The translations under genes were made by a program, and so were the position numbers. From Antedon mediterranea (lineage: Eukaryota > Animalia > Echinodermata), in assembly GCF_964355755.1 (NCBI RefSeq), contig NC_092676.1:23082871-23146870 (forward strand): a stretch of 64,000 nt of DNA. Reading direction: 5' to 3'. The notes beneath the pieces are model-generated. The model worked only from the letters and a program-made list of their open reading frames with translations, was not told the DNA's origin and did not search any database. The number at the start of each line of letters is the position of its first letter. Position 1 is the stretch's first letter. Shown here piece by piece: positions 50,008-64,000 of the stretch.

Positions 50008-53000
50008 AATAATTAGAATTTACAAAAATAATGACAAGTTATTCAAATTTCTGTAGCCTAAATGTATTATTGTGCGTATAAACATGATGGTACTGTATGG
50101 CCACACCTAAATGTTGTCCTATTCAGTACCTTGGGAGTGCTATTATTTTGTATATATATTTCCCCCTAAAAATTATAACGTTTTTTTTGTTGAATATGCA
50201 ATTTTTACGTAATATTTATTCCTTTTTGGCAAAAATTGGATCGAAAAAAATTATTTACCTGAAAAAACTGTAATTCAAAGCAAAAAATAGTCAAATTGGC
50301 TGCCAGCCAATGGGAGTTTTTGGTTGAATTTAACGGTTGCCTTTTTTTTGTTTGTCTTTATTTAAACTACAAAATGGCCTATTTAAAATCTGATTTTATT
50401 AATTAATTTATTGATTTATTTTTCATGTTTTAGGGGACAATACATCTTTAAGACTTATGTTGTATAGAATTTAGGCTGACTGTGTCTTTTGTGGTATTTC
50501 TCACTCATTGCTGGTTGTAATAATATAGAATTTAACAAAATACAGGGTATTCTATATTGTAAACTGTAGTATAGTTCAGAAGAAACAATCAACAAATAAC
50601 ATTGTGTTTTTTTTTTCCTATATTATTTGTTTTTTTGTTTGTCTCTTTAAGCTGCATACCTTTTGATGTGAAACCCATCAATACTGTAAAAGAAAATTTA
50701 CAGAAACACTCTCTCTCTCTCCCCTTCCCTCCCTCACTTTGTAAAGGATGTCAACTAAATAGAGGTACCCAAAAAATGGTTCTATTAACAATTAATTTTG
50801 AAACTAGTATTAAGGTGTCTATTTCTTTCACTGCCTAAATAATATTTTATCCATAGATTGAATATTTCTTTCTGTATTTTTTTATATTTCAATTACGAAG
50901 AATAAGCATTATTATATTAATAATTTGTGTGGATCTGTTGCATAAAAAATGGCATGCTAGTTGCTACTAATTATTGATTTTGTTTCAAGGCACTGTTTAC
51001 AAATATTGATAGGATTTATAGATATGAAAATTGCTCTTTAAATTATTCTTCAAATGCACTGTTTTAAGTATATTATAGTAGTTACTGTGCATAAATTAAT
51101 GTTTTGGTTCCTAATGCCCTTTTTTAAATAGTGTCTTGTTAAAATTACTATGGACTAAAAGCAGCTGTAGTTGGAGTAATACATTGCTATGAAGTATGCA
51201 ATATATAAAATCAATGTAATCACTATGCCAACCTGTAAAAGCACTATTGTGTTAAATAGTGCCTTTAATTAACTTTACATTATAGTTTGAACCTTGTAAT
51301 AATATGGGATAATTTTAAATATTTAAAAAACAAATATTTGTGCAATGCTTTTACTGACTTTATAGCAGTATTGTAGGTTGTATCCAGTTGGTTAAATAAT
51401 TAGACATTGCATGTATGTCCTCAAAACCTATATTGCCAAAAGATTTGCCTTGTAAAAGATTCAATTTGTTTTGTTGTCTTGTGTGATAACAATTATACTA
51501 AAATTTATACCTAAATGTGTATTGTAGTTTTATAGTCTGAGGTATTATGGGATCTAGAAAATTATTATAATCGGTTTGTGTTGATGTAATTTTTAAAGTA
51601 ATAATTGATAGTAGCGGTGTAATATTAACATACATAAATAGATGGATTAAATTATTTTTGAAGTTTAATCATGTGTTATTGTTTTTTTTTAAGTTCTCAA
51701 TAGTGTAAAATGGCATTTATGTTTCAGAGATTTAATCTACTTAAAAGAAGTACTATAGTCGTATTTTTCCTTTTTTTAAACATTATTGTCTGAAAAATAT
51801 TGTTTCTAAAGCTGTGTCTACACTGTCAACCTAGTTTGACGAAAAAAGGTGTGATGTGCCTAAATTTGGTAGTGATTTGCCCAAATATGGTAGTGATACG
51901 ACATCATGTCCATATATAGGCATATCACTTTTTTTTTTATAGTGTAAACAGAGCTTTTTATGCAATATTTATATTTTGAAAAAGAACATACAAATAGTTC
52001 ATTATTTTTATTAAATAATTTTTTAATTAATCATAAATGAATGAATGAATTATAATACATAAAGAACAGACTTAAACTATTATCCAATCAGCGATCAGTA
52101 AACTATTCCTAAATGAAGGCTTGCCATTGGTCAATTATGGGCTGTTCCATTACCAAAGGAAAATGAATACCAAAGCACGTACTGCGGTGCACCGGTTCTC
52201 AGGGTTGACAACACAACAAGAAGGGAATTGGTAGGAGAAATAAATGGTTGTTTTATGTGGAATATATATGTATATGAAGTACATTAGACGGATTATGTAA
52301 GTATGCAACTCTAAATTATGGTAAATTCATCATAATTCAGAGCAGTGACACTGTGTTAGTAGTACAGTAGTAGTTGTAAGCAGCAGCACAGGCTGGCCTG
52401 AGTATTGATTCCACCCCAGTGTTTTGCAGCTGATGGTAACAGGAACTCCCTGTACCTTAACGCCTAATTACTTGATATGCATTGATGGACATACAGCAGT
52501 TCAATAGCGCATTAACGTTTTAAATTATCGATCTAAATATTTATATGAGTAATAATACAGATCGATTAGTCTTTGTTTAGGTTTCCATACCTTTTCATCA
52601 AACAATTCAGGTATCAGGCATCAAAACTCTGCATTGCTGTGTACAGAAAACCAATAATACATTTTAACTATAGTATTTCCATCTTAAACAATAGCCTATA
52701 GGTAATGTTGACAGAATATGATTGATGAAATTATAATATTTATCAGTAAGAATTTGTTTTTAAATTATATATACAATGTGAACGATTTAACTAGCATTAT
52801 CTCAGCACAGGATGCCTTGTCCTACAGCCTAAAAGCATGTTATTGTTATGTTAAGCTCTTAAATAAATAAATGCCTTTAAAGAAAGTGTACTGATACAAA
52901 TAAATAGTAGTGACAGTGCATGAAAAGAAAGATTTTAAGCCTAAAAGTGTGACTACTAACTTTATTGTAGCATTACACATTATGATGTCAATTTAAATCC

Positions 53001-53179
53001 TATTAAGCTTATAACATTTTTAAAAAGTAAAAGACAGCTAATACCGAAACAATGATTCTTTAAACAATGAGATATCAACAACATCCTTTAAACAGAATAT
53101 AGTTTCCTGGTTGATGGTGTGTGCATCGAGGAAGTGAATTTAGAGAAGTCATTGAAGTTTCTACGATCGGCCTGCAGCA

Positions 53180-56100
53180 ATGGGAGACAGACTAATAAAT
53201 GAAGGACTGAAATATGCATTTGTGGTAAATATAATTATTAATTCCATATACAGTAATATAATAATATAGATTTTTAATATGTATTTTTTACATTTCCAAT
53301 ATTAATGTACATGACACACCATACTTTCTGGTGGCACTGTTGTGGTAAAAGAAAACTATTGGTATTGTGATAGATTGCCAGATTTGAACCTAAACCTTGG
53401 AATAGCAAGGATGATGTTATTCAAATTTCAGCTACTGTACCAGAATATAGCCTAGATCAATTGCTCAAAAGCAAAGAACTATATAGAATAGAATAGAGTT
53501 AGAACCCATTTAATATATCTGCTTAATAGAGAGTGGTCCTAGAATAGAGGTATCACAACAAGGGGTTCATCGTACAGTCAACTCTCCCAATACCGGACAC
53601 TTTTGGACAGGCCAAATATGTCTGGTTTTCCAGAAAGTCTGGTATTCGGAATATGTTTTTAATGGTAAAAATTTATTTGGGACTGTTTGGACTTCAAGAA
53701 AAGTCTGGTATTGGGAGAGTTTTTGGTTTTCAGAGTTGATTGTATTTGTCAAATGGCTCCTTTTGTAGCTCACTACAAGATGAAACAAAGTTCAGTCAAA
53801 CATGGGGTACATGTTTATGTCAATTATCAACTTTTACTATAAACTAAACTATGTTTAAAATGTGCATATTTTGTAACCAGAAAAGTGAATGAAATATTGT
53901 TTTTAAGGAAAAAACCACAGGTTTTTAATAGTTAATAAAGAAATTGTATCCCTTCAGTGGCTTTCTATGTACAGTATTTTGAAAATTCCCCGTTTACTTC
54001 CACTGTAAGTTAAAATTGAAAGTGCCATGTCATAACCTGTGTATAGAATTATAAATGTAATATTATATTATTTCCACCTATAGTGTCTCCTTGGTACACT
54101 GAATATTCCTATGCAACATTTCCTGTTATTAAATTATTAAGGGCATAATCATATTGTTATGGTCATACTTTTTTTAAATTAACAAACTTTCAGAATTACC
54201 AACTTAATTTTAACTTTATGATTTATGATTAAAAAAAAAAATATCTGTGACTACATCTATCCAATGGAGTAACGAGACCTTGGTTTATAGACCCTAAGTG
54301 GCCTCCAACACTCGTTTTTAGGTTTTTCCAGCATATATTAATGCTTGTTGCTTCCTTTTCCCTGCTTAGGGGCCCTCTCAAGCTTTGAGGTCCCGGGTGT
54401 AGCCAGTGAGTGTGCATAGCCGTTACACCACTGCATCTATCAAATTTGCTTCTATACATATTTGAAGTCTATAAAATGATTCCGCCATGGTATCGATCAT
54501 AGCAATGGTGAAATGGAAGTGCTGAAGTTAACCAAATGTCCTATATTTTGCATTGTAAATATCAAAATTTAGACACCCTCCTTTCCATTGGATCTGCCTA
54601 TGGGATCTAAACTATGTCTAGGGTTTTAAATCCAGTGACTCCATAGGAATAACAATAGCTATAGTGTTTGGCATTTGATAAACCACTTTAACCTTTAAAA
54701 TAATCCTATACGTGTTGACTTTCTGACAGTGTGCTTTGTAAGTTTCTCATTTGGAACTAAAGTTTTACAAAGAGATTAAAAAGGCTGTCATTCTTAATCC
54801 TATCATTGTTGTTGAAATAAGTACCACAGTGTAAGCTTTAAATATGTGTGTAACTCTTTCTTTGATTTATGCAAATACAAATTGACTGGAATAAAATTTG
54901 ATGAAAATGATGTGCCTGTGAATGTTGTAATTTTGTAATATTTTTACTTTAAAGATAAATTACCCTCCTGAATTTTTTTGTTTTGAATATGCAATTTTAA
55001 TGTCATATAATAGTTATTCACTTTAACCAAAAATTATTTTTATAAAAATGTTTAGCTGAAAAACTGTAATTTAAAGCAAATCGAAAAAAATAAATTATTT
55101 ACCTGGAAAAACTGTAATTTAAAGCCAAAAAATAGTTGAATTGGCTGCCAGCCAATAATTTTTTGGTTGAATTTTACCATTTATTTTGTTATTATAGGTA
55201 AAAACATGATTTTTTTTATTGATTTTTCTATGAGGATTACCTCTATCAAAACCACAAAATGGCCTATTCAAAGTCTGATTTTATTAATCTCCATTTTTCA
55301 TGTTTTAGGCACAATACATCTTTAATACACAATATGAACAATAATGTCACCATACAACAATAATGTGTAACATTAAACTTAAACTCTTTGCATTAAACAC
55401 CTCATTTCATTCGTCATTCACTAAAAGTCAGAAAGGTTAATTTCCATTTGAATGACAAGTCACTTTAGAAGTCCCTTTCTGTGACGATGAGCAATGTATT
55501 TAGTATTACAGGTTGCATTACAATGTAAATGTTATTTAATAGCGTTGTATTGTATGAGTTTGTGTATGAGCATCGGAGAAACCAAATGTCATGTCCCCCT
55601 GCGGAGTGTTTGTTGTCATGGAAACAAATAAACATTATCTGAATATCTGTGTCAACTGGGAGCACTATGATCTTTAAAGATGTACTGTCCCAAAATCTTA
55701 ACAAATAAAGATTTATAAAATCAGATATTAAGTAGGCCATTTTCCAGTTTTAATGAAGTTTTTCACTTCCATAGCAAAAAAAACAATAATTTCACTTAAC
55801 TGACAATTTTACTATATTTTTCTTTAATTTACAATTTGTTCAGGTAAATAATTTTTTCGATACAATCTTAAGCGAATAAATATTATGTAACATTAAAATG
55901 GCATATTCAACAAAAACATAAATGTTATTTTTAAGCTTTTGTGGATTGCTGGAAATATTGCCTTGTGGTTGGTGACATTTTTTGAATATGAAGATACAGC
56001 TAGATACCATTACATCAGGTTTTTAACAGGGGTAAGACTTTTGTTGTATAAATGTATTCAGGGCCACCAGTAGGCCTATGGTTGGTAAGGTTTCAACCTG

Positions 56101-59100
56101 ACCACTTTTTCACAGAGGCATTTGACAACCCAGTGGCTTGAACAGAGATTGTTCCTTTTCTTGCCACAAAACCACTTTATTTCAGTCTCGTGGCTACATC
56201 ACTGGTATTCTTCGATATATTTGTTCTAGTTAGTTGAGCCTTTTCAAGAAATAAGGTTAATAAAGGATTTCTGAATATGCAATAAAAAAAGTAGTGTTTC
56301 TAAAGAACATGACTTACAAATAGATATAAAAACAATATTCGCAATTACACTGTGTGTATGACCATCTTAATTACTAATCACTGATTATTATATATTTTGC
56401 AGCCTGCTGTATCAATAGCCAAAGCATGTGGTGCGTGTTTGAACCTAAACAGTATGTTGATATTATTGCCTGTCTGTAGAAATCTTATATCATTTTTCCG
56501 AGGCTCTGTAGAGACTAATGCTGTGAGTATTATAGGCCTTTTCTTCTAATGTTTGACAGACGGGGCAAGAACACTGGACATCCCTCTATTTTTCTGAAAG
56601 ATGCATAGGTGTATTTAAGTACACAAAAGGGCTGAGGCTCTATATATCAACTGGCCTGAGGGTTCATCTGGGGTTACCCCTTTAAATAAAGTTAAAATAA
56701 ACACATTTTATCCTGAACCTCCACTTTTAAGTCCTCAGTTTGAGAAGACTTGTTCTATCTATTTCAGGAGAGCTTTTAACCTGAGCTGGCTATTGGTTAA
56801 AGTTCCCCTGCCTAAATTACTCAGCAAAAATATTTAATAAATATAAAATAAACCAAAACCTAAAAACTCTAATAATACATTCCATTTGAGTTCAATTAAA
56901 ATTTACTATACTGAATTTTACACTTCGCAGGGTAATTACCTTTTTGAAGTTTGCGCTTTTGTTACTTTAAGCTGATGTTTATCTAAACAATGCCAAGTAT
57001 TGATTTTGAAATCACAATAGATTTATAATATCAAAATGCATGGACACAAGATTTAGTGTATTTAATGAATTTATTTTTCATTATATATAATAAGTTTTGC
57101 ACAATTAGATTTAATACATATAAATTAAATGGAGTTGAGGCTTGGTGGTTATGGTGCTCGGCTACAAATCCAAGGGTCCTGGGTTCATGTCCTGTCATAT
57201 GTCATGATTTTTCTAATGACATTTTACAGCTCCACTCCCAAGAAAGACTTGTAATAAGACTTTGTTTATGTAGACCATCTTGTGTATGTTTGTCTTGTGA
57301 ACGGGATTGCCACCTTTAAGAAGGATAGAGATGAATTCTATTTGCCTAATAAACGAAATAAAAAAAAACAAATGTCTAACTCACTTCAAACAATCTAAAA
57401 TGTAAATATCGCAATTTTCTATTTTCCAGTGTTGCAGACGCAGTGTTCGGCGTCTTCTAGACAAGAATTTAACGTTCCACAAGACGTTAGCCTACATGAT
57501 CGTGGTGCTCTCCATAGTTCATTGTATAGCGCACTTCTTCAACTTCCAATATTTGTATGATGCTCAAGTAGATGGTCCAGAGGGATCTTTAAAACGTTTC
57601 CTGAGTGACCTGGATGACGTTGGGAATAACACTTGGATAAATCCTGTCAGACCACCTCCTACTGTAAGTAATAAGGTATATTTGATGTAAAGCAGTTTAT
57701 GGAGAATTGTTAGAGATTTGTATAAATAATGGATGAACGCTAAATCAGAGAATGATGGTGATGATTTTGTACAGTGAAACTATTAAGAGGACAACATTGG
57801 AACCCAAAAAAATGTCCTCTTAATAGGTGTTCCATAGATGTTCCATGAATAAGGGTTGGCTGTACTGTTAAAACATATATTTCCCCTTGTTCGTTTCACT
57901 GGAAGGTGTACCCTAACGGGTGTTCCCTGAATAGGGGGCATCCCTGGCCAAAGGAGAGCTAGGTTCCACTTTATTTGAAATGTATATGTTATACTTAAAG
58001 TCCATTCTCACTTTAAATTAAAGTCATGTTTTTATTAGTGGTTTAGAGCAATACAATCAACATTTCAATAGTAGTTTTATGTAATTTTACTTTGTCCATA
58101 AAAACACACTTTCAATTTAATAAATGTCACAAAGTCTATGCAATCAAATATATATACACAGTAGAATTTTATTTATTTAAGAATTTATATATATACTGTA
58201 ACCTTCATTTAAGAAATATAATAAACGTATTGTTCTTTTTTCCGTTGGTATAAAGTTGTAACTTGACATTGAGCTTGTATTTGTCAAGCATTAACAAATT
58301 ATTGTGTTTTCATACCGTGGGTGCGTTAAAACGTAATCATTTATTCATGGTAGAAGCCAATACGAGCTCTTTGAGAGCTAGCCCTTTTGTGTTGTAGTTG
58401 GATTCTATTTTTAGGACTTTTATAAGAGTATAACGTAATCCAGTTCATTGGTATTTTACAGTGAAAGAGTGTTTAGGTACCAAATACAGTACTGTATAAC
58501 AAATTTATATAATAGTAATTTTATTTATTGCAAAGGTGGGAGCTATATGGTTAACATGCTTCCCTTCCATTCCAAAGCATAGCTTAGTATAATTACATGG
58601 TACATGTAGGCCTACAAAGTACAGTACAGTTCATTCTAAGCTTGCACAGCTCGGCCATCCTTATGGAATGCTCTTCCACAATCAATCAAGAATGCCAACT
58701 CTGATTAACATCTTCAAACAGTTGCTGAAAACACATCTCTTTCGCATATGAAATGACGTAATTCCACCTAATTCGAGCCTTGTGGTCATAGTGGTTTAGA
58801 GAAAATATATTTGGTTAGGCTCTATACAAAAGACAATTATTATTATTATTATTCAGAAAGATATATTTGGTCGTATTTTATAATAGAACCTATTTTAATA
58901 GTTTAGCTTTTAGATTGTATTCCAAAACTTCTCTGTCGGTAAATGTTTTTATGTTTTATCAATTCGATCTCACGCTAACTTCCCTGGCTTTTGATAAAAA
59001 GTTTTAGTTTAAAAAAAGAAATATTGAATGAAAAGATCAAAGTGGGATATCTAACTCACTGAAAAGCACAGTTTGAAATGATACACTACAAAAGGGGGCA

Positions 59101-62100
59101 TTCACATCAATATATATATGAAATGCAAGAAAATTCAATCTTGCATGTAACAGCTTGTTTACAGTTATTAAACAATATAAATAGTATCTTTATATCATTT
59201 TTACTGGTTGTATTGATCCTTTGACAATATTGTATTCAATTTTCATGGTGACTCATATATAAAATGAGCAATATGTGATTGTTAATATACTAGTTTGTCA
59301 ATATACATCTAGTATACAGTAGCCCTACACTGTGCATTATAAATGGTTTAAGGTGATTGGTTGCATTGTACATTTTGGTCACCTTCTAGTATTTTGCATT
59401 GAGCGTTGTATAGATATGTTTTTGCTGCTGTCATGTTGAGCCACTTCCCCAAGAACATATACAGTACTTACCAAAAAATTATCCTTTTAGGCAGTGGGTA
59501 AAGACTATGTCATCTAATTCAAGTTATTAGTGTTACTGTACTAATAAAAAGCGACCAATTTAATCTGTCACCAAAAAATCTTAAAATATTCAAATTTTGA
59601 AAAATGCACATTAGTACACTACTATTAGCACTATTAATATAGATTTCCCCTTAATAGAAGTATCCCCTTTATAGTGGTGTCCCCTTAATAGTGGTGTCTC
59701 CTTAATAGAGGTGGCCCCTTAATTGAGGTGTCCCCTTAATAGAGGTGTTCCCATAATAGAGGTATCCTTTATACTGGTGTCCCCTTAAAAGAGGCGTCCC
59801 CTTAATAGAACTGTCCCCTTAAACGAGGTGTCTCCTTAATAGAGGTGTCCCCATAATAGGTATCCCTTTATAGTCGTGCCCCATTTATAGTTGTGTTAAT
59901 AGAGTTGCCCTCTTCTACTGTAGTATGGACATATTTGTAAATGTATTATAGTTTTACCATGCCATGGTTTTAAACAGAAAACTGTTAAACAGGTAGTAGA
60001 CAAACTACAGAACTTGATCACCTACTTGACAATATCAATGATTTGAATCCGGAAGATAAAGGACTACTGAATGATACTCAACAAAAAAATTGTTATACTC
60101 ACAGCTTATATTCCATGTCCCATTAAGTTATGTAAGAAACTTACAAGTATGATATTAATAATTTCCAAGAGGATTTAGGAGGAACTCCTGGTACAGTAAG
60201 ATTATGTGTTCACTTCATAACCTATTTGATTAATATACATTTTAAATTGAAATTATTTATGGCATGCTGATCTATGTTATACATATTTATATTTTCAGTT
60301 TATTGTTAACTTTTTTTGATGTTGTATTTTTTTATGATTCAAACCTGTTAGTGGTGGTAATTATCGCTGTTGGTTTTGATTGACTAAAATAGAAATAGAA
60401 AGTATTTGACAAGTGGTAGAAACTCAAGTATGATATTAATAACTTAAAAGATAATATGACATATATGTAATAGGACTGTTTTCAGTTTCAGTTTAAAACT
60501 ATGTTCAAGAAAAAACAAGAATTTTTGTATCTCTTCTCCATTTGTTAGTTTAAACTCTGTTTGTTTAACAATTACATTGTAACAAAACAATACATGGATA
60601 TAGGCCTAGTCAGGAAAGTCCAGGAGAAATGTAAAAAGGTTTGAAGGGGTAGAATAAAAATGAAACAGTACTATCAAGTACCCAGAGATTCTTGTGTGGG
60701 TGCTGCATTGAAATTAGGCTTAGTTGAAGGTATTAAAATAAGTTCACGCTGGATGAAAGACATTGGCTATGGATGTCAATCATCAAAATGACCGGGGTAA
60801 TAATATGTACAGCACTTTCATAACATTAAATGATTTATAAATCCAGGATATTATTATTTTAAAATTTACATTAAATGTTGTTTCTTTTTCCAGACACTGT
60901 ATGGTCTTGGTGTTATTCAGCAGGGTCTGCGCCGTGTGGCTGGCTGGAGTGGAGTCGTCATAACAATGGCCTTACTGGTCATGTTCACATCTGCTACAGA
61001 ATTTATCCGGTATGTATAATTATTAATAATAATAATTTCCAAAGCAGACATATTCACAAGATATAGAGGTCTTATTAAAGAGCTCAAGGCACAAAATTAA
61101 ATTATCAAGACCAATTTTCTTTTTTTTTATTTTGTAGAATATAAAAAAGATATATACAGTATAAAGTATTTTGTTTTTTATCTTTCCAGTCGGTCATATT
61201 TTGAAACATTTTGGTTTACTCACCATTTATTCATCATCTATTTTGGGTTTCTGCTTGTCCATGGAGTTGAGTGAGTATTATATTATAATGATAATAATAA
61301 TGGTAGTCTTATACAGTCCCTAATACAATGTTTCTAAGTGCTTTACACACAAAATTGATCCATGAAGAAAAGCAGAGGAGCAATTTACATCGCTCCGTTA
61401 TCCAGCACTTTGAAGCTCCCATGAGAGCTTGCCGGCACAGTATTCACAGGAGCTCAGATCAAAATTTATGGAATTATATTTATTTTATAGATAAAAAATT
61501 CAATTTCTTATACTTTTTATTTGTTTTTGTTTTCAGAGGCGTTGTCCGATCACAGAGTAATACAGATATTCATGATCCATTCTTTTGTGAGGACGTCCCT
61601 GTTACGGAGTGGAAACTTGATGCGAACTGTACAACCAATCCAATGTTTGTGAAAGGGTCCCCAGCCGTATGTTAAATCTTAAATCTTAAAGAGAGGATAG
61701 TAATTATGATGGAGATAATGGGGGAATTATAGGAAGAGATTTTGAAAAAAAAAATATTATTGTGATAATGTGTGGTCAAAAGACGGCCATAGGGGACATG
61801 GAAAGATATGGCAAAGAAAGTGTGTGAGTGGCTGAGCGGTTATTGTTGTTAAACAAACAGGAAAGTGGGTTTGGAGGAACTTGATGAGCAAGACAGGAAA
61901 AAGTGGAGAGATGGTGTAGCAACCTGGATTGGGTGACAGTCAATTAACCTCCTGGAAGAGGGAGAAAGCTCACTCAAATAAAATAGTATCACATGAAGAT
62001 TATGTCTGGTATTTTGATAGTGGTTGCAAATCTCTATGGCTAGAGCAGGTTGGATGTCAGAGCTTCTAGCTTTTGATGATATGGTTGTCATGGCCAGGGG

Positions 62101-64000
62101 AGTGGTAGGGCAGAGGAAAGGAGTGCCAAGTAGGAGTTTCAACCACAGCCTGTAATTATGGTGATTATTATGGCTTTAACTGTTTTAGTAATGTTAGTAA
62201 CAGTACATTTGTATTTTTTTATTTTTTTCAGAGCTATAAATGGGTTACTGGACCTTTAATTTTGTATTTTATTGAAAGACTAATTCGATTTATTCGTAGC
62301 TGTCAGAGTGTTACAATTACAAAGGTAAATCATTATTGTATTTTGCTATTTCTATATTTTATTATTAAATAATATTTATTTATATACTATATTATTATTT
62401 CTCTTCTTATTTCAATTATGTTGTTAAAATTACAAAGGTATATAACTTATTAGTGTATTTTGTTATTTAATGTATTTATTAATAATAATACATAATTTCT
62501 ATGTATATTTTATATGCAAATGACAATAAACGAAAGTAATTTCCCACTGATGAATGAATGAATAAAATTATATAAAAAGAATATTTTTATGTATATCACA
62601 TTTGTATATCATAATATTTATGTGTCTTTTTTGTAGGTTGTGAAACATCCATCTCGTGTTGTTGAACTGAGAATGAAAAAGAAAGGCTTCAGCATGTTGC
62701 CAGGACAATACATCTTCCTCAAATGTCCTCAACTCTCACATCTTCAGTGGCATCCATTCACTCTTACATCTGTAAGTACACTGCTGAATGTTTTTTTTTA
62801 TTCATTGAATTGTTGTTTTCAATTTCACGATTAATCAAATTTATAGTTATTTAGATAATAGAGAGGTTTCGCAATCTTACGAATACGATAACGAAAACGG
62901 ATACGTCACGCACACGTATTCGTTTTCGTAAGCCATAAAAAAATCTGTTTCGCATGGCAACGAAATATTGAGGCGCGTCCAAAATATGACTGCGGTAAAT
63001 TAGAGCGAAACGCAGGTACGTGTTGCTTGGTGCTTGGCTGCCTAGGCCTAGCGTAACATCAAAGCGAGTGAGGACTAAAAACTGCTATTTATCAAAATTG
63101 ACTTGGCATTTTAGTAAATTACTTTAGTAAATTACTTTCAATAAATCTATAATTATATTATAATCATGAATCATTCCTGATTCAAATGCAAAATGTGCAA
63201 AATAGATCAAAAACTATACTCGTTTTGTAGTTACGAATATGACTGGTGATATTCGATCGTCAACACGAATACGCTTTACGAATATGAAATGGGGATCAGC
63301 TCAAAAGTTTCACAAATGTATGACGTATCCGTATTCGTAAGGTTGCGAAACCTCCCTATTGACAACAGATTACATTTTCATTATTTTAGTCGCCAGATGA
63401 AGACTTCTTCAGCGTTCATATTCGTACTGTTGGTGACTGGACATCCTCCTTAGCTTTGGTTTGTGGCGCCACCAGTAAAGACCCTGTAGCGGCTGAAGCT
63501 CTTCCAAGGTTACCATTATTCTTTAGTTTTTTTTATAAGAACTTTTAACAACAGTGGTATAGTTTAAAGCTCTGTCTACACTATCAAATTATTTTGAAAA
63601 AAAGTGTGATATGCCCAAATATGGTAGTACCATATTTGGACACATCACACTTTTTAGTAGTGTAGACAGAGCTTTAGGATTCCTCTTGATATTGTGGTTG
63701 GCAGTTTGTGATATTAATAAGTTTACTTTAATTTTAAAACCTCTTACTGTTATTTATTACATATATACAAATTTTTGCAGTGTTAAAGTTTATACACACA
63801 TTTTTTTTACTTGTATTATTTTTATATTTAAATAATTATAGATTTTGTTTATGTATCTTTTTCTGGTGGGTAAGCCTTAAAGTTCTTGATTGAATGATGA
63901 TAATATTAATAATGTTTGGAAATCAATCAAAACAAACATATTATGTTGAACTATTTTTTTGTAGGGTTTCAGTGGATGGTCCATTTGGAACGGCTAGTAT
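53180..64000 (+). CDS. CYBB: NADPH oxidase, NOX1/2/3-type (cytochrome b-245 heavy chain-like); 3' end outside the window
   Basis: Exons 53180-53224, 55936-56031, 56403-56522, 57430-57663, 60894-61009, 61190-61270, 61537-61666, 62232-62324, 62637-62771, 63390-63508, 63965->64000. Motifs MG...[53 protein letters not shown]....[18 protein letters not shown] and VDGPFGTAS are present; there is no EF-hand N-terminus. Confidence 0.93.
54262..54433. mobile_element. hAT-like MITE
   Basis: TIRs CAATGGAGTAACG / CAGTGGTGTAACG (reverse complement); perfect 8-bp TSD CATCTATC. Confidence 0.85.
54953..55321. mobile_element. Kolobok-like MITE (second copy at ~50150-50447)
   Basis: TTAA|AGATAAATT...AATACATCT|TTAA. 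Shares TTGGCTGCCAGCCAAT and CAAAATGGCCTATT blocks with the 50.2-kb copy. Confidence 0.65.
57131..57370 (+). mobile_element. tRNA-derived SINE (second family)
   Basis: tRNA-like head GGCTTGGTGG...GGGTTCATGTCC and A-rich tail. Confidence 0.55.
58630..58852 (+). mobile_element. L2/CR1-type LINE 3' end
   Basis: Encodes [14 protein letters not shown]...[11 protein letters not shown] (frameshifted), typical of L2 ORF2 C-termini, followed by an (ATT)n tail. Confidence 0.7.
59645..59885. repeat. 17-bp minisatellite GTCCCCTTAATAGAGGT
   Basis: About 14 degenerate units, ending near the MITE terminus TTCTACTGTA (~59913). Confidence 0.85.
62857..63360. mobile_element. MITE with AATAG(A/G)GAGGTTTCGCAA.CTTACGAATACG TIRs
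   Basis: ~31-bp near-perfect inverted ends in a NOX intron; superfamily uncertain (Harbinger/ISL2EU/Spy-like). Confidence 0.75.

Overview
AT-rich, intron-rich animal genomic DNA, most likely from an invertebrate deuterostome (echinoderm-like; this is an inference). Seven protein-coding genes were assembled by hand from GT-AG splice sites and recognisable protein motifs: LSM10 (-, single coding exon), a FANCG-like TPR gene (+, 14 coding exons), a CLIC channel/GST-omega-fold gene (+), profilin-4 (-) head-to-head with FAM228 (+), an MPC1-like mitochondrial pyruvate carrier (+, with 4-nt and 16-nt microexons), and a NOX2/CYBB-like NADPH oxidase (+, running off the right edge). Introns contain many non-autonomous mobile elements: Helitron, Helentron-like, Kolobok-like, hAT-like, Harbinger-like and MULE-like elements, SINEs and LINE tails. 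The most unusual object is a 2.16-kb TIR element in MPC1 intron 3. It has asymmetric bipartite ends with a 12-bp spacer offset, a 4-bp TSD and what looks like its own spliced transcription unit. Family assignments rest on remembered sequences and motifs, not on database searches.
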